A stretch of DNA of 64,000 bases from Lobosporangium transversale (taxonomy: Eukaryota): positions 248,001 to 312,000 of the forward strand of contig NW_019029019.1 in the NCBI RefSeq assembly GCF_002105155.1, in the 5' to 3' direction. Shown piece after piece: positions 11,781-23,249 of the stretch. Within the stretch, counting starts at the first letter, position 1, and the number at the start of each line of letters is the position of its first letter. Both the position numbers and the translations under genes were made by a program. The notes below the pieces were generated by a model that ran no database searches, had not been told where the DNA came from, and saw only the letters and a list, made by a program, of their open reading frames with translations.

Positions 11781-12378
11781 ATCTCTGTTGCCCAAGCATT
11801 TCGCAGAGCGTAGGCCATGTATATATGTGTTTCTCTACATTATTATTTTAGAAAACTAACACGATATGCAATGGTCCTCTTGACTTGATTATAGTCATGT
11901 TTCTTAGCACTCATGGCACAAGTTAGATTTGTCTGTAAGGGAAGAGGAGCTAAAGTGGAGAAGGAAGGTTTCTTATAGAAAAAAAGCGCGTTCCATATGA
12001 AATATCAAACATTTCACAGGAGCATTGTCATTGTCATTGCACAGACCATGTTTCTCTATGAAAATTAATTTGTTAAAAAATAAATCTCTTTGTTTTCTAA
12101 CTGTCATGTTTCTGTCATATATTTTTATCATGCCACATGAATGTATCGACACTTGAAGGAATTCATGTTTGAGGTTAAAGCATATGATATGATCAAGGCT
12201 TATAGGTAGTGTTTGAAGGAGCTCAATTGTTGTTTTATTATTATTACTATTATTATTATTATTATTATTATATAAAATAAAATTCTTATTATCATTTTTA
12301 TGCATCAATGGTTCAATGGCTGATGGTAGAAGCAGGCCATGATTGAAGGCTGATTATTTTTTTTTTTCAATGCATCAT

Positions 12379-12633
12379 GATTGAGATGATTGAGATGATT
12401 GAGATGATTGAGATCTGGTTGGTTATTATTTGTAATGTAAAGCCCAAAGTTGCGCTCTCATGATGATCGCTCATAATCATGATTGAGGTCACATGATGAT
12501 TGGGTCACATGATTGAGGTCCGATGATTGAAGTATGTATGCTCATTTCCTGAAAGGCACATGAAAATGGAATGACATGAAATGAAAATGGAATGACATGA
12601 AATGAAATGAAATGAAATGGAATGGAATGGAAT
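12379..12633. repeat. Short tandem repeats inside Helitron (GATTGAGAT x4; ATGAA/ATGGA runs)
   Basis: Directly visible. Confidence 0.7.
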
Positions 12634-12727
12634 TTATTTTAGATTTATGGACGGACGTATCATAGAGCAAGAATTATGAAACTATGAAATGAAATATATC
12701 ATATAATAGAGCAAGATCTATGAAATA

Positions 12728-15068
12728 GAGTCCTCGCCAAAAAGTCATAAACTGGATATATTTTACAATACTCAATTTGAATTAAAAATTTGAAAAATAA
12801 AAATTTACGTACGAAGACAAAAATGCATATATTTTTTGAATAGAAGGAATGAATTAGATGCATGGCCACCAAACCAATTCAATCTTCGTTTTTAATTAGA
12901 AATATTAGAATTTGCGAGAAATGGGCAACATCATTCTCAATCTCATTCTCGATCTCATCCTCATTGTCAACCTACTTTATTCGCAATCTTCAGATAGTAA
13001 AATGTCTTTCCCTTTTGATATCAATAACCTACTCTCATACAACGATCTTGGTGGTTGGTATAGCGAAGGAAATATCGACCAAATGATTTCAGGCACACCC
13101 TTCACTCCGCCTCGAAGATCGCCACAACTGCCCACTGAAGCCGATCTCTCCCCTATTAGGTCTCCTACCGAATATCAATGGATTACTCCTCCCAGAAACG
13201 AGCCAAGGAGTTCTACCTCATTAGAGCAATTCGGTGAGCGTCCCAATACCCTCGATTTAAATCCATTCTTGTCAGACAAACAAACTGGAGAGAGAAAAAA
13301 GGCATTTACACGCAGTAAAGCGTCCGTTACTAAAGACGAATACGCGATAATAGCTCATACATATAATGCTATAATGAATGCGCCACCAGCAGTCCAAGAC
13401 TGGTTTAAGAAGACAGACAACAGAGCAATGGACCTTTCGATTCTGATGGGTGTAGGGAGAAACACTTGTGTGGCAGCAATTAAATATGCACAAACAGGCA
13501 TCGTCGAAATGACAGGGCGAGGAAGAACTGGACGCCCTAAAAAAGAAGCGGACAAGGATTTAAACTCGAAGGTGCTGAATATCATAGTTGAATCAAACAA
13601 GAGCGGGACTCCTAATTCTGCGGGTTTAATTGCAAACCAACTGAAAGAAGACTTTGAAATCGACAGATCAGCAAGATCAATCACTCGCGACCTCCGTAAA
13701 ATGGGACTGTATTGGGGCAAAGGGATCCGACAGAACTTTTTGCACGACTCCAAGGAGAATATTGCCTTCCGAGCTACTTACCTGAAGCGCCGTCTTAAGA
13801 ATTTAAAACTAGTAGACGGCAGTTGGGTGCCTAGGACTCCAGAGGTCTTCTTGGACGAGTCTTACTGCCACATTGACCATGCTGCAGCAAGACGTTGGGT
13901 GCAAAGTGGCGGTGGTGTCATTAACGATGCAGGAAGGAAATCAATCATGGTTATATTTGCAGCCTTCATTGTATATTATGATGAAGCTGCTAAAAAGGTT
14001 GAAGGCAAATTCGTTAATGATAGCGTGTATGTTTGGCCATCAAAGGGACCAAAGCCTCAATCAAAAAAAGGCCAAGAGCAGGAGGCTGAACTGTGGGATG
14101 ACGTACCTGAGGAGATCAGGAATGCAGGGGTCGTGGCAACAGATCACGATTATCATGGAAACTTCAACGCTAGTTTGTTCGATAGTATCTTTAAGCGACT
14201 TTGTGAGAATCTCAATAAGATGGGACTTGGCCCTTGTAAAATCCATCTTGATGGCGCTTCATATCACTTTCACAAGAAAAACAGGGAACCAACCAAGAGC
14301 GACACTGTGAAAACTATCAAAGAGTGGCTCACGGGCAAGGAGATTGTTATTCCAACAAGGGAAAATGGAAAAGCACTGAACAAAAACGAGCTTATGGAAT
14401 TGGTTAACGCTCTTCCTGATGAGTCGTATTTCTCTATCAGTAAAATAGCCCAGGAGAATGGTGGACATGAAATCCTCAAGACTCCACCCTACCATTGCGA
14501 GCTACAACCTATTGAGAAGATCTGGGCAGTTGTGAAAAACATAATTGCCTCGAGAGCAATGGTGACAATGACATCCATCTTGCTGAAAAAAGGCTACTAA
14601 GCTTGTTTTCCCAGATTCCGTGTAAAGTCTTTTACTCTGTATGGAAGAAGTCTGTGAAAATTGGCATGAGATACTATAACGAGAGGAGTCATGCACAGGA
14701 AGAAATAGTCGAAGAGGTTTATCAAGAGGTTTTTGATGAAAACGAGCCTATTGTGGACCTTAGTGACACTTTCAAAGTCGACAATAGTGAGTGGGATGCA
14801 GAACTCATTAGAGTACTAAATCAAGAGCGAGCTGAAGCTGTTACCCTAGGCCCTGAGATAGTGGATCTTACGCTAGATGCTGGAAGCATGTTTAATGTGA
14901 TAGAGGATAGCGAGTCTGAGGACGAGCCTCTTATCAATCGAAAACGCTCTCGTAAAAATTAAAATTTTGAGTTTGTACGTATTTTTCCTGCGTCTAAAAG
15001 TGGAAGTATTCTATTCAATTTAAAAGCCTGAAAAATATATCCAGTTTATGACTTTTTGGCGAGGACTC
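12728..15068 (+). mobile_element. IS630/Tc1/mariner transposon, Sailor-like (DD87E)
   Basis: Perfect 37-bp TIRs GAGTCCTCGCCAAAAAGTCATAAACTGGATATATTTT (12728-12764 and 15032-15068), TA on both flanks, internal transposase. Confidence 0.93.
12921..14962 (+). CDS. DDE transposase, probable frameshift near 14555
   Basis: VFLDES, IHLDGASYH, PPYHCELQPIEKIW. An alternative frame from ~14555 (SNGDNDIHLAEKRLLSLFSQIP..W.K) runs into ORF 14603..14962. Start codon uncertain. Confidence 0.82.
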
Positions 15069-15265
15069 TATATCATATAATAGAGCAAAGATCTATGAAA
15101 CGAGTTATTACGATAAGGGAGAAACCATTTCGACTTTAGTATATAGATAAAGAGATTTGAAGGAATATGGCTTTCAACTCATCTCTCTCTTTCACACACG
15201 CCTTGTCACGTATAACACAGCCTTTTAGCTCTCCTATTACATACGACCATTGCCATAAAGGAAGG

Positions 15266-15306
<41 letters not shown>

Positions 15307-15334
15307 ACATTTTGTCTGCCATGAATGCTTTGAT

Positions 15335-15890
15335 ACCGACCGAGGCGGCAGGCATGGGCAGCACGCAACTCGGCGCTTCGAAGCGAGGATAGATTGCTTA
15401 TCACCGCCAGAATTCCAGAGAGAACCGAAGACGATATCAAGGCCTATGTCGATACTCAGAGTTGTCGTCGAGTATTCTTAAATGACTTTTTCAGCATTGT
15501 TCACAGAGATGTTGAGAACTGCTGTGGCAATTGTGATCCCAAAATGCAGGAGCGTCCACCACTACTGGAGACCAGAGATGGTTGACGCAGAATCCAGCAG
15601 AGCGACTAACCGACATAGGGCCTGGGAGGTGGCAGCAGGAAAATAGGTACAAGAAACTACTGCATGGAGAGACAGTGCGTTCAACAACGAGTTCAGGGGC
15701 CAATACTCATTATTTGACGAAGATATTGTCATGAAGAATGACATGGCCGAGCTTGCTATCAAGGGTGCTGGCATTGTGGTGCCAGAGCCGATTCTCTCTG
15801 CTATCCGTTGTCAGTTTCCTAAAATTGAATACCCACCAGCTCTGTGCAAAATTATAATAGCTTTGAACAGAGCCATCATTTCGACAAGGT
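15335..15890 (+). pseudogene. RecQ-like helicase C-terminal fragment
   Basis: Degenerate motif VI-like segment followed by CRRVFLNDFF...ENCCGNCDP, a RecQ Zn-binding pattern; disrupted. Confidence 0.6.
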
Positions 15891-17260
15891 AGCGAAAAAG
15901 TGGTCGTTTATCACCCGAGGAAGAAGATTCCTAATCACTACAATGGCTAATTAAGCACTAGAACCAGGCTCGGCCCTTTGGTTGTTTGACGGCAAAGTAT
16001 GTGTAGCCACTTCAGCGCTTTTGAATCTACTATTAGAGAATCTTCCAGTGCAAGCTCAGCTTTAAATGCCATCACTATAAGGACTACTGTATCTCTCAGA
16101 ATTACCATTGCATTCCCCGGAGTCACAGGAGCCACCGCTGGCTTATGAGACGTTACCCCAAAGGGTAGAGCTGCGTCGTCGGGCTGTGCAAAAATGTAGG
16201 GATATGGCTGCGGAAGGAGTGAAAGAGGCCTTATGGTAGTGGAAAAAGTGAAGCTGCGAAGCCAACATCTCTCTAATAGTTTGGAAGAGAATGAAGCATT
16301 GCGGACAGGGGAAAAACCTTTTGCACAAGGGCCACTGGAGTGCTGACTGTTCTCATTCAGGTAAAGAACCCTCCACAACGCTTACCACTAGTAGCACATA
16401 GATTATTAAAGCTTCCTTCTTTTGCACAAGAACCGTTGGGGCACTGGCTGTTCTCGTTCAGTCTTTTGTATTGTGTTGTTATTTATTTGCGTTCAAGAAG
16501 CATTTTGTCTATCTGTCGCTGGGAATGACTTCACAAACCACCAAAAAGGCCAAGTTTCTCTATTCAATTAGCCCTAAATTTCCCAACAGTGTTAATCCTG
16601 AGAAAAAAAAGGGTGTGTTGCAATGCGCTTGCCATACATGATGTTGTTGTCGAAGTTGAACCGCGTTTGACGGAACAAATTGTTACGAAGATCTTCCCCA
16701 GCACCCTTTTTGGATCATATGTGCGGCTGAGTGTGAGGTCCGGAAAAGGGGTTATCGCTATCATCGCCAGCGCATTCCATAGGTTCATCCCAATCATCAG
16801 CTGGCTGACACTATTAAATCATTGGTAGACGATATTGAACAGCCTGTTTTCTGGAAGAGCCACGTTTACATCGGCATGTGGACCATCAGCCACAGAACGC
16901 CCACTCTCTTCAAAAGGAGAAAGAGAAGGGATAGGAAAAGGTTAAGGGCACCGCAAAATAGAGTTCGCGCCATCACTAGGAGACGCCGGCAATATTGTTT
17001 CTAAGGGGGCTGACTGCAAGCCAAGCGCACTCGACTCATAAAAAACTTTCATACTTTGACTGAGCTACGATGCTTGGGCAAAGTCCTTGGATGGTATGAA
17101 CCCCATCAAGGTGGTTCCAAAAATGCCCCATCGAGAGGCTGTTGGTGTACCAGTCTTGGATCTGGCAGAGGTAGTGGCAAAGCTGGGCTACGGCCGGGAA
17201 CGAACGACTGTTGGGTTGAAGTAGGAGTGGCAACAGCTGTTCACCGACAGATAAATCAGT

Positions 17261-17295
<35 letters not shown>

Positions 17296-17421
17296 GATTT
17301 AAGCTCATGTCAGCTTTGAAAAAGAAAAGGGGAAGAGGAAAAGGGACCTGCATAGCCTTTGGCATAGGCTCCGAAAAGCCGGTGCGGTATCTTTCCATAC
17401 GCCTGCACCTGATGGTTAGAC

Positions 17422-17478
17422 CAGTGTCCATATTCGGCGGAAGAGTTAGGTGTAGAGCCATCTAAACAATTTCTTTAG
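17422..17478 (+). pseudogene. 3' tail remnant of the 3CxxC gene
   Basis: QCPYSAEELGVEPSKQFL* vs QCPYSAGELGARPSRQFL* at 534-590; the following ~900 bp is homologous to 590-1500. Confidence 0.8.
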
Positions 17479-18337
17479 TATAAACTGCCCTGGGAACTGA
17501 ATAAAATATTAAGGAATGGCCATTACACTGCTGATTGGGAACAAAAATGATCAGCATGCTCTAGGACTTATTTAATAGCCTCACTAGCTCTTATAAACAC
17601 TTTAGACACCAACGTACCTCTCTCCGCTTCACTTTGTCACGTCTCCTCACCATGTGGAGAGGAAAAGGAAATAATATTGTGAACTTCCAGGACCGGAAAT
17701 ATTGTTTGACATCACAGTAAAGCGAGCTTTGATAGAGGGTGATATACTTGATGCGTAGCCAACGCACTATTGCCATCTCGATCAACCTTACTCTTTTCTT
17801 CCTCAGTGGGTGCTATAGGGTAAATAGTGACCATATTGTGCCTAGTCCAATTTATTTGCAGTACTACTACTGCATTATTCCGCCATAAATGTCTAAGGCT
17901 ATCAATCCTCTATGGAGATTTAAATGACACACATAACGGACCTAAGAGTGAATCGTGGCATGCTGCAAAAGGTGTGCGTATTTTAGGTCTATGAATGGAT
18001 TTGTATCTTTGAAATATGTTTAATACCACCTCTATTATCTGAAAAGAGAGCGAAGGCACACTATTTCAGTCGCCTGTGCTACCGCAGCACTATGTCGATA
18101 TTTGTTCCTGGTGAAGAGTCTTTTGGTATTAAGAGAGTCCACCTAATCTACGGTCAAGGTTGCATACAACCACATGCATCTTGATGCAGGTAGTTGCTTG
18201 CGTGCATTGTAAGGCGTATTTTATCTTGCCATCCTGTTGTAACGCCTTCAAATTATGTGCATATATTCTGAACACTAGAAGTTCATCCCAGTGTTGCCGG
18301 CCGCTTTTCGATTAAGCAATGGGTAGTATGCGAGCAA

Positions 18338-19530
18338 TTGCCTCAGGTAACTTCACAGAAGTGCCTTTTTCAAAAGGCCCAGTGGGAAGCAAGGGAAATA
18401 GTGGGGGGGATAGCGTGGGAAGCAGCAGGAAAGGTAACAGAAGAAAAAGCAGTGGGGTCAGCAAAAGAGATAGCAGAGAAGGCGATAGAGAAGACGGTCA
18501 TGAAGCCAAGGAGCAAATCCTAATATTGATTCCCTATTAATGTGTATTGAGCGTTGGAGAAAACAATCGCAGAGCGACGTTAGCAGAGTGTATGGTCTTC
18601 AGAACATGTATCAGGACATTGCTGAAGTCGATAGTATGAGGTTTGAGAAGGAGCTTGCCAAGTTGGAGTGCACCTCTGCGACGTTCATTCATAAGATCCG
18701 ATCTGGCGAAGAACTACTGCTGACACGGACTCAACTAGCAGACTTCAAGAGGTTCCTAGCCATCATGACATACAGGAGCGAGCGCCGGAGGGAACAGTAT
18801 TACGAGTGTCGATTTGATATTATGACACTTCTATCGATTCGAAAACACATGTCCCAAAACAATATTGACAGAGTTCAAGACGTATGGTTCGAGAATCTCA
18901 AATGAATCATCAAGACCCCTCACGACGAAATCATTAAGGAGAGCTCAGCTATCGATCCGAAAGGCGTCAAGACTCCCATGGATACTATGTTTGCTTTGAG
19001 CAAATATAAAGGACCTATTTACGTTGCAGAACTTATGGACTATTATAACTTAGTGTGCAACTACGTGTGTGTCTGGCAAGCGGAAGAAGGGCCTGAATTT
19101 ATCCTAACCGACAAGTGCTCTGTTGGGTTCGAAGGTGAGGATGCTATCCACTTCCAAAGCTTCTATGTTGTGTCTCCGAAATATATGGTCGTTCTTGTGA
19201 ACCGTCTTTACATGTGGGACCTTATGAAGACCGTGGGTCTCCGGAAGTCGTGGTCTGGAGGCGAGCTCCATGCCAATCCAGTTGTCATTAATACGAAAAA
19301 GCTTGTGAGAGGTGCGAAAGACTTCACTCCGACAGACGTGTTCAAATTCAAAAGGATTGTCGCCCCAAAAGAGAAGGTATATCTCGGCAGCAGCTCATTT
19401 TGGGTGGAGGTACATAACATAAAAGTCCTATATCTCCATTAACAGGTCCTTAAGATGCTGCGATAAGGCTAAGGAATCTTTATATACTAACAAATTTGAT
19501 TGCCGTTTCATGAAGCGCGAAACATTAGGA
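18338..19530 (+). pseudogene. DUF4238 pseudogene
   Basis: RVYGLQNMYQD, FEKELAKLE, LTRTQLADFKRFLAIMTYRS, EFILTDKC..FEG, VVSPK. Start region deleted; TGG>TGA stop at ~18903. Confidence 0.8.
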
Positions 19531-20809
19531 TATGGCGACATTATATTTTATGTATTTTTAATTCCAATGCATCTTATCCTGAAGGACGCAGCTCCTACAC
19601 TATGGTTAACCCGATGTAATAACAGTCTCCTGCTGAGAAGAAAGAACGGAAACATAAAAAGGCAACTATCTGTGTGGACCAATAATAGATGGAGGATGGA
19701 GGAAGAAAGAAGTCTGTAAAAGTCTTCGAGAAAAGGGATGTGCCAGAGATAACACAATAATATTTGGAGAGTTTTGACAACGTCAACAGCATTTACAGTG
19801 GACATTGGTGTTTAAAGAACACATGTTTAGTGCTATTTTACTATACCAACCCCTGCTTGTGTAGAGGATCTGTTTGCCAAGCAACCAAAAAATAAGCGGA
19901 ACGATGTTTGGTTGTTGATCAATGCTTTGAGGCATGAACCACATGATAGACAGTGTTTATATTATACGAGCCGGAGACGGTGGCGAAGCCACGGTCGGCT
20001 CTTGCCTCGTTAGAAAATTTAATGCTTAGCCTCGTAAGACAACAAAAAGAAACATTGCCTACAGCAGCAAAAGGTTTATATTTTGACATAGGAATGAAGA
20101 CAATAAACTCACGTAGGCCTTTGGCCTTTTACTACTGTAAAAATTATGTGTAAACTGCATGTTTTTTTTATTACAAAACTAAAATACAAAGCTAAAATAC
20201 AGAACTAAAATACAGTAGATAAAACGCAATAAAGTAGAATACAAAATATACAAAATATACACAATAAAATACAGACGAAACTACAATCAAGAGGGAGAAT
20301 ATCTGGTAATCACAACATTTGATAGATTAACGGCGGCGAGGAGGTAACGCAGTAAATGGCAATCAAAAGACAACGTGGCTATAAAGCATCTTTGAAGACA
20401 ATGTTCCGTGTGTATGTTCCTAGCCCTCATTAAGGGGACTCAAGATAGCGCGCTCAATGAGCATCTCAGGAAGGAGTCTAGCATTTTCGATATCCGGAAA
20501 TATAGTACGAAAAAATTAAAAAAATTAAAAAAATAAAAAATAAAAAATAAAAAATAAAAAATAAAAAAAAAAAAGGAAATAAAGAGTGAACAAAATGTAG
20601 CTCACCTTCGCCTTTGTGTGGGTCTCTCATTTTCGATATCAAGGTCATGGTCAAAGCTTCGCTCGCGCACTGCTCCATGATTGGCTTCATTTTGGATATG
20701 GCTGCTAAATCAATGGATCAATGGACAGTAATAATCCGTTATAAAGTCAAATCGATGGCGAGGAAGAGTATGATTATATGAAATATTTAAAGTACGTAGA
20801 GCCCACCTT

Positions 20810-21135
20810 TCAGCACTCGGATATGTACTTCGATTATGTCCTGGGCGATTGCAAGTGCTACACATATGCGGCCTTTGAGGCTGGCTAACAATATTTGCCC
20901 TTATATATATATGATGAGAATAAAATAATAGAGGGTTAAATAAATAAAATAAAAAACAAAATAAAATAAAGATTAAATAATAACTTCTTTACCCTCTCGT
21001 GGGACCAATAACCTGCTCCAGGTGTGAAGCGGAGGGAAGGTTTGTGCGAAGCTCAACACGCTCTGTTTTTTGAGGGCAGAGCCGCCTATCATGCTTTTCA
21101 CTGTTGCACAGACTACAGGTGCGGACCATGTGTTT
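20810..21135 (-). pseudogene. Spliced tandem CCHC zinc-knuckle gene fragment
   Basis: CSLCNSEKHDRRLC (21117-21076) is joined in frame via a GT-AG intron (20992-20900) to CSTCNRPGHNRSTY (20862-20821). Confidence 0.6.
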
Positions 21136-21382
21136 ATGAAATCTAGGTGCTGAGAGAAAAATTCAAATTGACAATATTGTAATTGTATTGGGTGAAAAAG
21201 ACAGAAAAGGCCTTTGGCAGCGCTGCCTGCCTACTATATCCTCTACCACATTATCGATGGATAAGTTTTGACACTTTTATTTTATTTCACCGCCAGAAAT
21301 AAAAACTGGTCAAAATGAGAATGATTTTCATTTTGACCAGTCTTTATGGATTCTCCTACAGAAAACAGAGCTCTGGCGACGT

Positions 21383-21987
21383 TTATTGACGATCATTTAT
21401 TTTTTCCGCCCTCCACAGCTTTATATTCAGAGGCTCTACATCAAACAACAGCTCCGAAGAACATCTGGGGCAATTGATGGGTGCAGCTTCATAGTGCACA
21501 TACGCTTCATTCATCTTCTCTGAAGATTGTGATTGATAAACTGGTGGCGGAGGAGTTGCGGGGGCTGGCTGCTCTAGAGAAGGACAAATACACTTATATT
21601 GAGAAGAGCAGCCGATGTTCAAGCATTCCCTGCAGCCAATCTCAGCTGCAATCCCAGTTTTTCTTGCCTTTCTTTCTTCAAGTTTTCTTTCCTCCTCTTC
21701 ACTCTCACTCTTTTTCTCTTCTTTCTCCTCTTGTTCGAGTAAAGCAAGCAGGGTGTATTCGTCGATGGAGCTGTAGAACCCATCATACAACTCTTTACTG
21801 CCTGTTGGCTTTGTATTAGTTCCTCTTCAGCGTCTATGGGTCGTTCTTTGATATGTTGCACAGCCCGCCGAGCTCGTCGTGCTTGGATAATATGTTGTAC
21901 ACCCGATGGATTTGGTGAAGTTGTGGAACGTGTAGAACGTGTGGAGTTTGTGGAGCGTGCGGAGCGTGCGGAGCGTGTGGCAACCAT
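21383..21987 (-). pseudogene. Frameshifted unknown ORF in the insertion (RSA/RST repeats, Glu/Lys-rich, Cys clusters)
   Basis: Overlapping ORFs 21619..21987 and 21383..21790; a related start region occurs at ~57053 (+). Confidence 0.4.
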
Positions 21988-22239
21988 TTCAAAAAATCAA
22001 ATTAAAATTTAGGTTCAGAGGTGAGAGATTGAGGAAGCCAATTATCAAAGAAGCTTCATGATACATGTACATGCTTTTTTTTTTTTTTTTTTTTTGTTTC
22101 ATCGTTTATTTTTGTTTCTCTTTTGTTTCATCGTATCTCGTCTTTTTAAAGTCACCTTTTTTGGCTGTCACATAATTTTTTGTAATATTTTAATATAAGA
22201 GATAATATTTTAATATAAGAGAAGAAATATAAGAGAAGA

Positions 22240-22328
22240 GAAGAAGAGAAGAGATAAGAGAAGAGATAAGAGAAGAGATAAGAGAAGAGATAAGAGAAGA
22301 GATAAGAGAAGAGATAAGAGAAGAGATA
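22240..22328. repeat. 12-bp tandem repeat (AGAGAAGAGATA)n
   Basis: About 7 consecutive units visible. Confidence 0.85.
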
Positions 22329-23249
22329 TTTTAATATAAGAGATACCTCCAATACTGTACATTTAGACTCCCGTGTGTTTTTTAATACTGATGCACCCGT
22401 TCATCTTTCAAAACTCCGAACAATCGCAGGGCTAAAGTGAATAGAAAAATGGGTTCACAGTATATAATTCTTTGATGAATGGTCAATTGATGGGATTAAC
22501 TATTGTAGAGGGAGGAGAATGGGTGCGGGAACATCATATAGGACCGTCCCTCGTCCCAACAATTATTATCAGGTCAATCTTCTTAGTGATGAAAGAATCG
22601 GGCTCTTGCTGATTATCCCCCGAAAAAAACGCACCAAAAAGTAGAAAGGGTTTCAAAAAGCAGATTTGGTGTGGAAAAAAGGCTTACGTGGACACTGCTC
22701 AGAAATAAGGATATTTCGCTGTTACTTCCATCATGCTCACTCAGCTCTTCTGCCTTTTTCTCTGTTCTTCATACGGAATCAGGACAATCATCCCTACACT
22801 TGCATTCACATCCTTTTTTTCAATTGCTTCCTCCATTACCTCTTCGAACCCATCAATCATTGTGACTGTTTTTGAAAACACGCGTTTATTTTATTTGCGC
22901 CACTGAACTTGGAATTAGTTTGACATACGTTAAGGTAATGCAGATAGTCATTTGAGAGCATAGAGGTGCTGGCGGCTTGGGGTTCATCGTTCTTACATTC
23001 GATATTGTGCGCGATGTGAGCTGACTTGGGCTCTAAACACATTTAAGACCGGCGTACTTTACTGGCGCACGCTTTTTCTTTGCCGACCTTGCTTTAAAAG
23101 CGGTGCTCAGCTTTTATTTCGATTTGTGGCACAGAATATGAAGATATTCGATGATATACTGTTATTAACCATTTCTTTCTTTTCTCTCTTTTTTTTTAGA
23201 GGATAAAACCAAATAGAAAAAAGAATCCTCCGAGATCTCACGCATTTCG

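Larger units (their letters stand above)
9758..15147 (-). mobile_element. Non-autonomous Helitron (with nested Tc1/mariner)
   Basis: Minus strand starts TCTATATACT (15147) and ends CTAG (9758), with a GC hairpin at 9766-9792. Inserted between A and T with no TSD; empty site AATGAA^TAAAGAG at ~39302. Contains a PIF1 helicase fragment. Confidence 0.92.
19965..22466 (-). mobile_element. Helitron-like insertion with non-canonical ends
   Basis: Absent from the sister site TGTTTATATTA^ATTCTTTGATG (49801-49820). Terminal hairpin GAGCCGG..GTGGCGAAGCCAC..CGGCTC (19968-20001). Minus-strand start TATATACT resembles the first Helitron. Confidence 0.7.

Noticed and set aside
11324..11818. Host PIF1 gene or autonomous Helitron
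   Set aside because: Only a frameshifted C-terminal fragment inside Helitron termini; no Rep domain or Walker A seen.
17036..17465. Poly-Lys/poly-Phe ORFs (also ~10980, ~15237, ~39261, ~42020)
   Set aside because: Translations of intronic or intergenic homopolymer tracts.
22152..22352. ORF with YLFS repeats; CRISPR-like periodicity
   Set aside because: Simple 12-bp tandem repeat with no spacers and no cas genes.
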